From: Blastocladiella emersonii ATCC 22665
Taxonomy: Eukaryota; Fungi; Blastocladiomycota
Direction: 5' to 3'
Assembly (NCBI GenBank): GCA_025594325.1
Contig: JANHCV010000001.1
Span: forward strand, 1,922,001 to 1,986,000
DNA: 64,000 nucleotides
Shown piece after piece: positions 43,883 to 54,355 of this stretch. The translations under genes were made by a program, and so were the position numbers. The notes beneath the pieces were generated by a model that made no database searches, was not told the DNA's origin, and saw only the letters and a list, made by a program, of their open reading frames with translations. Position 1 is the stretch's first letter. Every line of letters starts with the position of its first letter.

Positions 43883-44079
43883 GATTACCACGATGGGTGC
43901 GGCAGCCGTCTCGGCCGTCGTCACGGTCGCGATGCGGCCTTTCAGCAGCGCTGGAACACATCATAGTCATGGTTGCGTCGCAACTGACGAGCGACTCACG
44001 TTACTGAAGCGAGACAAAGATCAAGATGCTTGGTGGATATCCCATTCTATTGATACGCAAAACCCCCCACTATTCCTCG

Positions 44080-45738
44080 TCACCTAATGAACCGCGGCAA
44101 CACGCGCAAGATCATCGGGCTCAGCCGCTCGGGTTCGCGGGCGTAGAAGCTCATAATCGTGCCCATCGCCGCCGAGAAGACGGCGACGTCGAGGTGCGGG
44201 ACGCTCGGGAGCCATTCCTTGTGGTCGGTCATGATCTGGTACAGGCTGTGGATGGCCTTGGGTGCCACGTACAGGCCGAGCTCGCTGCGCCGTTTCTTGT
44301 CCTCGATGAGGATCGAGAGCGAGTTGATCAGGCCGAAGACGAAGTACCACATGCGGCGGTCGCGCGAGAGCAGGCCCGCGGTGAAGGACTTGCGCTGCAC
44401 ACAGCAGAGCGCCTGGAAGCCCGCGACAAAGGCGACGAGGAAGGCCGTCGACCGTGACGTGTTGAAAACAACGCGGCGGATGAAAGATGCTGGGCTACGG
44501 GTCGGAGCAGGTGTGTGAGCAAAGCGCCATCAATGGCTCAAGGGAAGCGGCTACGTACTCTCGAAGCACCTGCTTGGACCGCAGGAGCAGCGTCGGGACG
44601 GCGTGGAGGGTAAAGTAGACGGGGAAGATGTTGGTGACAATGTGCTTGGACAGGACGCCGCAGTATCGGGTGCAGCTCGTCGACTCGGGGTGGAGAAAGT
44701 GGCACGGCAGCATGTTGAGGTTCGCGGGCGAGCTGCTGATGAGGGCGAGGTTCTCGGGCGCCGTCGTTTTGCGCGCGGCCGCCCACTTGGTGAGCCCCGC
44801 GACGTCAATCGCGCCGGCGGCGCCCTCGCGCGTGACGACGCGGTTGGCGGCGAGCACGTTCTGCGGGATGCGGGCCATCTTGATCATGAAGGCGTAGAAG
44901 TCGCGCGGCAGCGTGGTCGGGTACTGGGTGTAGGCGAACATGATCTGGGCGCAGCTGAGGACGAAGAGCAGCGAGTCGCCGAGCGGGAAGTGGAACAAGT
45001 CGCGGTGCTTGAGCCCGTTGTACCCGGCCTGCAGCGCGCGCATCGAGAACTGCTGCGTGAACATGAGCCGGTTGTCGGGCGACTCGACGAGGATCGACAG
45101 GCCGGCCACGGCGCCCGCGATGAAGGCGCGCCACCGCGGTGCAAGGTCGGCGAGCGCCGGGACCGAGTCGAGCCCGCGCACCGTGCTGTGGAAGAGCAGC
45201 GTGAACAGGCCGAACAGCGCGCCGATCCGCTGCCCGTCGCGGTTGTGGATCTTAGTCGCCTTGAGGATCGAGAGGAGCGACCTAGGAAGGCGGCGCGGTC
45301 TGTCAGCGTCGGGCACACCGCGTCGAGCATCGTCCAACCGTACTCCTTGCCCTTACGCAGCTTGAGCAGCTTGAGCAGCAGCGTGATCCCGGACTTGACT
45401 CCGAACGCGAGGACGAACGACCGGATCGCGCGCTTCGCGATGCGGCGCCAGCTGAGGACGGCGAGGGCGCGGGACCCGGGCGGGCCGTGCGCGTGTGCGT
45501 GGTGCTTCTTGCTGCCGCCCTTGCTGATCTCGGTGGCGTCGCCGAACCGGGGCCCGCCGCGGCTCGACGCGTTGGGCGACGGGAGCGCAGACACAGCGGG
45601 CGTCGCGGTCAGCGACGAAGTCGAGCTCGACGGCGACGACGACGCGGGCGAGTCCTGGTTGTGCATGTCGATGACGGGCGAGCGCGAGCGCGAACGGACG
45701 CGGGTCGTTGTCGCGGAAGTCGGCGAGGCGGCCGTCAT
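44080..45738 (-). CDS. TMEM135-like (Tim17/PMP24 superfamily) membrane protein, multi-exon; start uncertain
   Basis: RAFIAGAVAGLSIL, DSLLFVLSCAQIMFAY...TLP, HP...SC and SILIEDKKRRSELGLYVAPKA match the TMEM135 pattern. Confidence 0.8.
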
Positions 45739-46272
45739 GGTGGAGAGGCGCGAGGGCGAGCCGGGGTTATGTAGTCGCCGACGCGGGGAACGGTGGGGCG
45801 GTCGAGTCAAGGGCGACGGCCAGCTTTCATGCGCGACCTGCGCGATAGAGATACATGCAGCGCGGAATCAGACGGGAGCGCGAGAGCGAGAGCGGGGACG
45901 AGGCCTTCGGCCGGGTCCGTGTCCCATTCCGCGCTGTGGTCAGCGTGGGTCCCGAAGGCGCTCATGCCGGTTCCGGAGGAGGGCGACGGACGAGGGACCC
46001 GCTTGGGGCGCCGCGCCGAGGGCGTTGGGGCGGCGGCCGCACGTGGCACGTGCAGCAAGGCGCGTCGTGCGAGACAGACGTGTCTCGCACCGGATCCGCC
46101 GCGTCTATCCCGCTCCCTTGCGCGCCTCGAGACATGGTGGCAAGCAGTGCGCAACCAGACAAGTTAAGCTATTCAAACGTATACGGGGGTGATCACAGTG
46201 TTTGGGAGGGGTGGGGGATAGAAACCGAGGACTCGATTATAGACTCTACGACGGCCGCGACGGCACCGGCAA

Positions 46273-48603
46273 CTACGCGTGGTGGTGGTGGACGGGCGCG
46301 ACTTTGGGGAACTCGTCGCGTTCCGTGACCTTCTGGCACTCGCGGAGGAGGTCGTACGCCATGGCGGGCGTGACGCGGCTGTCGTGCTTGTACTCTGGGT
46401 GGCGCATGAGGTAGTCGCGCATCCAGTTGGCCGTGGTCGCGACGCGGCCGGCCGCGCGGTCCGCGATGAAGTCGAGGTACCCGTCGACCTGCGCCCGCAC
46501 CGCCGCGTCCATGACCAGCGTGTCGAGGAACGACCGGATCAGCGGGATCAGGCCCGTGAACTCGCCCGCACGCCCGTTCATGATCGTGTCGATGGTCATG
46601 GGCTTCCACTGCCCGCCGAGCCCGGCGCCCGCGCCCGCCCCGTTCGTCGGCGGCGGCGACGCCGTCCGGCTGCCGGGGAGCGTGCTGCCGTTGGTCGCCG
46701 CGCCGGTCCCGACACTGCCGGTGCCGTCGAGGGACAAGTCGCTGTGCACGACGTTGGCGTCGAGCTGCTCGAGGCTGCCGCCGAGCGCCTTGGGCGGCGA
46801 CGACGGCGCCGAGGCCGTGGCGAGCCGGCGGATCGGCGAATTGGACCGCGACCGCTGCGCAAACGACGCGCACCCGCACGCGGACGGGTCCGCCGCTGCC
46901 GCTGCCGCCGCCGCCGTAGCGCCGTTGATGGCTGCCGCCGCGGCGGCCGCGGGCGCGGGCACGTTCTCGGTGCGGACGGGCGAGTGGCGGCGTGCGCCGT
47001 CGAGGAGCTCGCGCTCCAGGTCCTTGACCTCGTCGAAGATGGCCTGGCGGAACCAGAACTGGCCGTTGAGGACCGCGTCGCGCTGCTGTGCCGTGGCCAT
47101 GTTGGCGTCGACGAGCGAGAGCGGGATGTACAGGTCGAGGTCGAGGCACAGGATGACGCGCGACACGAGCACGATGAACACCGAGTAGGCCGCGTTCTCA
47201 AAGTCGGTCAGCTGCACCTCCATGGCGCGGAACTCGACGCGCCACCCGAGCTCCGGGTGCGTGGTCGGCGGCGGCTTGAACCGCATTGTCTGCCAGTTGG
47301 TCGACTGCAGGTTCTCGAAGTGGTCCGTGACCACGGCGTCGTCCTGCACCAGCAGCTCGCGGTACAGGACCAGCGGGTCGCGGATGAACAGGTGCGCGAC
47401 GTGCCGCGCGAGGAGCGGGTCGACGCCCTCGCGCAGCAGCTCGGCCTCGATGTCGCGGTCAATGACGAGCGGGATGTCGTTGTACTCGGGGCGGTACGAC
47501 GCGTGCGTGGCAATGTACGTCGAGATCGAGTCGTAGCGCGACTTGGGGATGCGGCGCGGCACCTTGGTCACGTCCACCTGCTCGTCGCGGTCGCCATCGA
47601 GGTTCCACTGCGGGGACCGGACGGGCGCCACGGGGTCGACGCCGCGCTCGACGTTGTTGCGGTCGTCGACGGACCCGGCGATCACGTTCCACCGGCAGTC
47701 GACGTCGGCGAGGCGGCCGCGGAACACGGGCGACGACGCCGTGAGGGCGAGCATGACGGGGGCGAGCACCGCGAGCTGGTCGTACAGGTGGCGCGCCTCG
47801 CACATGTGGCTGGCCTGCAGCGTGATCTGCAGACACGAGCAGCCCATGCCGAAGCACATGCAGTCCATGTAGATGTGGTTCTCCTTGGCCTGGCCCGTCG
47901 CGTACTCGTGGTCGAGCCCGGGCTCCCGGAACGGCCACGGGGTGTTGCGGTCCTTGAACACGGGCATGTTGATGGCGACCTTCTGCCCGCGGCGCTCGCG
48001 GATGTTGGCCGTGAGGGTGCGGAAGCGCGGGTGCGGGTTGATGGCGTCGTCGGGGACGAAGAGCGACTTGGACGCGGCGTCCGGGTGGTCGGGCGCGGCG
48101 GGGACGTGCGGGTGGAGGAAGGGCGCGAGGTCTGCGTCGCCGAGGCGCGGGAAGGACGTGACCGAGGCGAGGAACTCGTCGGGGGCGAGGAACTGCGCGG
48201 CGGCGACGCGGCGGCGCTTCATGGACGACTGGACCTTGGACAGCTCGTCGGCCTTGAGCCCGTAGGGCGTGCCGGGGGTGCCCTCGAGCATGTACCGGGC
48301 GTACTCGGGCCGCCACAGCAGGTCGACGTCGCGGCCGTCGACCTTGGCGGCCTCCTCGTCCTTCATGAGCTCGGTCAGCACGTCGTAGCCGCGCAGCGAC
48401 AGCGTCGCGTTCTTGGCCGCGTCGTCGAAGCGGACCAGCATGTACTCGACCTCGTCGCCCCAGTACAGCTCGCCGCGGCGGCCGCTCTCCTTGTTGCGGC
48501 GGTAGGTGGCGAGGAACTGCTGGATGCCGTGCTTGCGCACGTGGTCGGCGTACTGGCGCGCGTCGGCCCACGGCAGCGGCGTGCCCTGCGAGAGGAGGCC
48601 CAT
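46273..48603 (-). CDS. GSH1: Glutamate-cysteine ligase catalytic subunit
   Basis: MGLLSQGTPLPW, WGDEVEY, WRPEYARYMLEGTPG, HIYMDCMCFGMGCSCLQIT, PKSRYDS, HFENLQSTNWQTMRFKPPP and GWRVEFR. Confidence 0.97.
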   Translation of the reverse strand: MGLLSQGTPLPWADARQYADHVRKHGIQQFLATYRRNKESGRRGELYWGDEVEYMLVRFDDAAKNATLSLRGYDVLTELMKDEEAAKVDGRDVDLLWRPEYARYMLEGTPGTPYGLKADELSKVQSSMKRRRVAAAQFLAPDEFLASVTSFPRLGDADLAPFLHPHVPAAPDHPDAASKSLFVPDDAINPHPRFRTLTANIRERRGQKVAINMPVFKDRNTPWPFREPGLDHEYATGQAKENHIYMDCMCFGMGCSCLQITLQASHMCEARHLYDQLAVLAPVMLALTASSPVFRGRLADVDCRWNVIAGSVDDRNNVERGVDPVAPVRSPQWNLDGDRDEQVDVTKVPRRIPKSRYDSISTYIATHASYRPEYNDIPLVIDRDIEAELLREGVDPLLARHVAHLFIRDPLVLYRELLVQDDAVVTDHFENLQSTNWQTMRFKPPPTTHPELGWRVEFRAMEVQLTDFENAAYSVFIVLVSRVILCLDLDLYIPLSLVDANMATAQQRDAVLNGQFWFRQAIFDEVKDLERELLDGARRHSPVRTENVPAPAAAAAAAINGATAAAAAAAADPSACGCASFAQRSRSNSPIRRLATASAPSSPPKALGGSLEQLDANVVHSDLSLDGTGSVGTGAATNGSTLPGSRTASPPPTNGAGAGAGLGGQWKPMTIDTIMNGRAGEFTGLIPLIRSFLDTLVMDAAVRAQVDGYLDFIADRAAGRVATTANWMRDYLMRHPEYKHDSRVTPAMAYDLLRECQKVTERDEFPKVAPVHHHHA

Positions 48604-49815
48604 GGTCGTCGTCGGGTGTGATGCAGGAAAGTCGATTCAGGGCACCGGCGTCGTCGGGTCGGCGGGAGGGATGGGCAGGGACCGACTGCTACCGTCGGAG
48701 CGTAGTTCCTGCGTTAGCTTGCGGGTCGCAACGACACCGAAGGCCGGCCGGCCGGTTGAGACACGGTGCCCGCAGCGCAGCGGAGCACGGCGGGGAGGAC
48801 CGCGATCGGGGCAGCGTCGCGGCACGCACGGCCACCGATCGCGCCGAACATGCGAGCCGAGCGAGATCGCGGCCGGCATGGAGCAGAGACGGTCCGCGCG
48901 CATGGCGGAGCGGGGTCGCAGAGGGGGAAACCGGCCGGCCGAGGCGAGAGAGCTACATACGCTGACAAGACAGCAGGCCTGGCGGGGGTCGGAGAAGGGG
49001 GCAAGGCGGGTGATGCCTGCTGTAGGCCGCTTATGAGAGGTCCGAGGAGGGGGGAGCGAGAGCGGCGGGCGGGCGCGGACAGGGTCGGGAGCGCAAGGGA
49101 GACGGTGGGGGGAGACGGCCGCGGCCGCGGTGCTGCACGAAGGCCCGCGACCTGCGGGCCCCTCGCCGGGGCGCGGCAGGTCCCGGGAAGTCGGCCCGCG
49201 CGCTGAGCCGCACGTGTGACAAGATTGCGCTCGAGTAAGCAGACCCTCGACCTGACAAATATTTTGACGCCAAGTTGACGCGAATAGCTCTCTCCGCCGG
49301 CTCGCTGCTGCCGCTGCCGTCGTCGTGCAAGTCGTGGCATCTCCGGCCGTCGTCGCGGCCGCGGTGGCCGCCCGGGCCCTCATTCACGCCGGCGCTCAGC
49401 GAGGCGCATGGCCACCCTCCGCCTCGCTGCTGCTGTGCACTTCTTCCGCTCGCGCCCGCGCGCCTGATGGCGGCCGCGGCCGCGCTGGTGGCGGCAGCGA
49501 CGCCAGGATGACGGCATGTGGTGACTCGGAGAGCGCCAGCGTCGACGTCGCCGGCGTCACGCGAGATGAATTGCTTGGGATGAGGGCGAGTCGCTGTCGG
49601 CGAGCCGATGACCCGCGCGGGCCGTCGTCGTGGTTTGGGGAGCGCGCCGCGCCTCAGCTCATCGCACGATCTTGGACGAGCGTTGTGTGAGCACAGCGCG
49701 GTTTTCGCGACCGGTTGGCCCGCACGGCGTGCCTGCGACCATCGCGCTCGCCCCGCCCTTGGGCGCCGGCGCCTCTCGTCGGCACGCGGCGCTCGCGAAC
49801 GTCGCCCCGTACTCG

Positions 49816-50783
49816 ATGCAACTCATGGACATGGCCGCGGAGAAGACGCCGCCGCTACTCGACCGAATCTGCCGCGAGGTGCTCGAGCCCGCCGGCATGG
49901 CGTGGGCACACCGCCGCGAGGCACCGCCCGCGATCGAGGGCCCGGCGCCGCTGCCGTGGATCACGGCGACGTGGGCGCAATCGCTCGACGCACGGCTGGC
50001 GGGACCGGGTGGCAAGACGATTGCTATCAGCGGTGGGGAGTCGTTCGCCATGACCCACTAGTACGGCGTGAGCATCGTCTGGGCGCCGCGGCCGCTGTGA
50101 TCAACTCACCAACCAGTTGGTGTCCGGCGTAGCATTCGACACATTCACGACGCCATTCTCGTCGGCGTTGGGACCGTGCGCAACGATAACCCGCGCCTGA
50201 ACGGTACGCCGACCCTCTCTCGCGCGGAAACCACCTCGATCCTCACCCAGCTTCGCGATACCACCTGCATTTAGCCCGTATCAACAGCCTCCTCGAAGCG
50301 CTCAAGGAGCCCGCACTCGGTGAGCCCGTGCGAAACCCGCGGCCCGTCATCCTGGACGCGTCCTTTGCGATCCCGCTCGACTGTCACCTGCTCACGCACC
50401 GCGAGACGGTGCGCCCGTGGGTCGTCGTCGATCCCGCCGCTGCCACTGCCGCTCCCGACAAGGTGCGCGCGATAGAAGCGCTCGGCGGACGCGTGCTCGC
50501 CGTCGCGAACGCGCGAACCGACGTGCGCGGCATCTTCGCGCGGCTGTACGCCGAAGGGCTCCGGTCCGTCATGGTCGAGGGTGGCGTCGTGGTCCTCTCG
50601 CACGTGCTCGAGATCGCTACCGCCGTCATCGTGACGGTCGCGCCGCGCTTCATTGGTGGGGACGCGCCGCGCCTCGTCGTCTCAGGCAACACGGCATGGG
50701 GCAGCGACGGGCCGCTTGCCAGCGCGCGCTGGACGACTCTTGGCAGCGACACGGTTCTCGTGGCCAGCAGACCTCCTCAGTGA
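49816..50783 (+). CDS. RIB7: RibD C-terminal-domain reductase (Rib7-like pyrimidine reductase), two introns
   Basis: ITATWAQSLDARLA, ESFAMTH|YIRHIHDAILVGVGTVRNDNPRLN, PRPVILD, RSVMVEGG and VIVTVAPRFIG. Confidence 0.8.
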
Positions 50784-51013
50784 TACATTTACATGATACC
50801 TTCTTGCACTGATCAGCAGCGTCTCGAGCGACTAGGAGGGAGATTGAGCCACTTGGAGCGGACCGCCCGTGTGCGCGCGGATCCGGCGGCGGCAGGACGC
50901 ATGGAGACGACGGATCCCGGTGAGCGTTGCTGGTCGCAGCGACGAACCGGTTGGCGGCGGTGCTGAGCGCTGGAATCGGGGCGGCCACGGGCGAGTCCTT
51001 CGGCACAGCAACC

Positions 51014-51096
51014 GCGTGTGCGAACGCAGGCGCGACGGCGGCAGCGGGAACAGCGTGTGCGAACGCAGGCGCGACGGCGGCAGCGGGAACAGCGTG
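51014..51096. repeat. 39-bp tandem repeat, ~2.1 copies
   Basis: GCGTGTGCGAACGCAGGCGCGACGGCGGCAGCGGGAACA occurs at 51014 and 51053. Confidence 0.9.
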
Positions 51097-52678
51097 CGGG
51101 AACGGGCACTCGAGTGGTGAACTGGTTCTTGCTGAAGAAATCAGCGGTGAACTGGTGCGCGGTCAGGTTGGTGCTGCACGCGTCGGTTGTTGGCGCATGG
51201 GCAGGAAAATACTGATCTTCGTCGCCGAAAAGTCGGAAGTCCTCGTCCTGGACGGTGGCAGCGATGGTGACCGACCGAGAGCAGTGCGAGGGGGGCACCG
51301 AATACTCGCTGTCGCTGTCACTGTCACTGTCCTCGTCGCTGCCACTGTCTTCGTCGCTGTCGATGACGATAGCCGCGTGGGAGGAGGTGCCCAAGCCTGC
51401 GTCAGCGGTCGGGCTCGGAGGAAGGGGGTGTAGGGCGTGGCGAGCGCGGACGTTTTCGCTGCGTGGTGGGTTAGCAGTGAACGGGCCGTGCCTGAACGGA
51501 GGCTGACGACGCACATTGTGGCGTACACCGACCGGCGGACGATTTTCCAGAGGTAGTCAATGAGGCCCGGGTTCCAGCTGGCGAGCTCGAGACTGACGGC
51601 GCGCCGGTAGCAGGAGTACGAGTCTACAGGTCCACAGGGACAGGTGGTCAGGTTGGATGGTCGCTTGCTTCACACGTCTGTTCGGGCAACGTTACCTGGG
51701 CGTAGTCGACCGTTGTGGCTTTCAGAGGGGGAAGAGTAGGGACGTGGTCATGAGGGGGCATGTGGAGAGGTAGTTGCCCTCCTCGCATATCTATACGGCG
51801 GTGGATCGCAATCATGAGCGCGCGACCTGGGATGTCGGCGTGAGATTTCAGACCTCGATCTTCGAGTCGAGCGGAACATTCCAGCAATAGTGTTCATGTC
51901 GCGGTCCAATGACAATCAAGTTGATCGCGTCGTTGGCGATGACAAGAGTCTCGACAGTATCGCGGTTTTGGGGCGCCCTCATCTCGCCGAGCCAGCGTCG
52001 TGTGACAATAAACGAGGCCGGAGGCAGCTGCGCGTGGCTGCCAGGTTGGCGGCCGCCCGTGTCGTTGCCACAAGTTGTATGATTCATCGAAAGTAGTGGT
52101 CGAGCCTTTGCCGTGCCAGGGGAGAGCGAGAGACTTCGAGCGCACGAGCGCAGTATGCGAAGCGAGTCGTCCCAATCGCGGCTTATCAGAGCACTAACCG
52201 ACTGACCACGATGTGATCCGGTCGGGTCGCGCTGTTTTGAACACGCAGCCTCTGCGCGCGCGCAAGCACGCAAGTTTTGCGCGGGAGGCGCCTGTGTGTC
52301 AGTCAGTCGAGGCAGGGGTGGTGGTCCGCCGAGCGAAAGGGAGCGCGTTGCGCAAACATGTGACGCGAGACATGCGAGACGACGTGCGAGACAACTGCAT
52401 GAAATTCGAGCGCCGTCACGTGTGTGCGTCACGATGCGTCATCGTGACTGACGCGCCGCCACGAACTCTCTCTGTGACGTCGGCCGCCACGGCCGCTGCT
52501 GGCGCCGCATCGCGTGGACCGTGTTGTGCTGCCGCCGCCGTGTTGTGCTGGCCGGCCAGCCGTTGGATCCTCTCGGCTGCGTCGTCGCGTTGCTCTTGCT
52601 CCCTCGCCCGTCCCTGTGGATTCTCTCTCTCCCTCCCGACCTTGCACTGCACTGTACCCATCAGCCAACCCACGCATC

Positions 52679-54355
52679 ATGCTTGCTGCCGACGCGCCCG
52701 ACACGCCGCCCGCGGCCGCCGCAGCCCCGCCCATGAAGTGTCCGTTCGCCTCGGGCGCCATGGCTCCCGGCGACGCCGACTTTGACTTGGACGCCTTCCG
52801 CGCCGCCCACCCGCACCTCGTCTCGGCGACCCGCGACGCCCTGATCGCCGCGGCGGCGGACCCGGCCGCTCCCGAGGAGGCCGCTGCTGTGCCGCTCCCG
52901 GCGTCGCCGACGACCAACCCGACCGCCACGCCGACCGACGGCAGCTCGGCCGACATTGCGACCGAGGACATGTCCAACGACGCCTATGACGACACGCTGC
53001 TCGACGCGCAGTCGGAGCACGACGACGACGAGTCGGCGGCCGTCGCTGCGGCGGCCAGCGACGAGGACGAGGCCGAGCTGGTGGCGCGCGAGCTCGACGA
53101 CGTGCTGCTGATCGAGGAGGACGACGTGAGCACGCGGCGCCCGACGCGCCTGCCGTCGCCATTACGCGCGCAGTTCAAGGCCGACCAGGAGCGCCGGCGG
53201 AACAGCGCGCTCGGCAGCTCGGGCGGCGACGGCAACACGGCGAGCGCGCCGCGGTCCGGCCGCGCCTCGGCGAGCAGCACGCCGCGCGGCAGTCTCCGCG
53301 GCGTCCCCGCGGGCGTCCACTTTGCCCCCGACACGGCCAGCAACGACGGCTCGCGCAAGGCCGGCACGGCGTCGGCCGAGCAGCCGCGCATGCGCCACAT
53401 TGACCGCGAGGAGCTGTACACGTCGGTCGAGTACCGCATCAACTACGTCAGCGACGTGCTCGACTTTGGCGAGCAAGACAAGGCCCTCATTGCCGCCGCC
53501 GCGCCGCTCCTCGCCGACTACATCCCCGACCTCGTCGACAAGGTCTACGGCCGCCTCCTGTCCTACGACATCATGGGTACGCCGTCTTTTCTGTGCTCGA
53601 GTTGTGGAAGCGGTAACTGACGAGCGCCACCCCGCGTCCGTACAGCCAAGTCGTTCATGCATCGCATGGAAAACTACAGCGGCGAGGTCGTGCGCGATCT
53701 CTCGCAGCTCAACGTCAACTCGTACGTTGCTCCGCTCACCGTTGCCTGCGAGCTGCGCTAACGCCAATCGTACACCGGCCCGTAGCGAGCAGATCAAGTT
53801 CCGCCGCAACATGCTCAAGCGGTACCTCGTGTGCACCATGCTCGGCATGAACGACCAGTCGACGCTGCACAACTACCTCGACTGGGTTGCCCTGATCCAC
53901 ACCAAGAACAAGTCCAAGCACTCGGCCATCAACGTCGAGGTACGTCGCCGTCTCGCGCTACTTGATGGCCTCACCATGACCTCCACGACTCACACCACTC
54001 GCATCTGTACCCTTAGTACATCCATCTCGGCGCCATGCTGGCGTTCCTCAGCCAGCAGCTCACGGAGCTGATCACGCAGCTGCACCTCCCTGCCGAGGTG
54101 CAGACCCGGACGATCGGTGCCTTCTCCAAGCTGTTTTGGATCCAGAACGACCTGTTCGCCCTGTACTACACGCACGACGGGCTCGACATCCCCGGCCATC
54201 TCGCGACCAAGCACGGCGTCGACCGGCCCGTGACGCCGCTCGAGCGCGAGGCCGAGCTCGCGGCCAAGAAGCAGGTGCTCGCCGTGACGGCCGGCGCCGG
54301 CGTCGTGGCAACGGCCGTCGGGTTCGCCATCGGATGGCTGCTGGCGCGCAAGTAA
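52679..54355 (+). CDS. Protoglobin/globin-sensor-domain protein with acidic N-terminal extension and C-terminal transmembrane tail; three introns
   Basis: Spliced core YRINYVSDVLDFGEQD..IAAAAPLLADYIPDLVDKVYGRLLSYDIM|AKSF...|QIKFRRNMLKRYL...YLDWVALIH...INVE|YIHLGAML...AFSKLFWIQNDLFALYY is the fungal protoglobin pattern. Confidence 0.85.
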
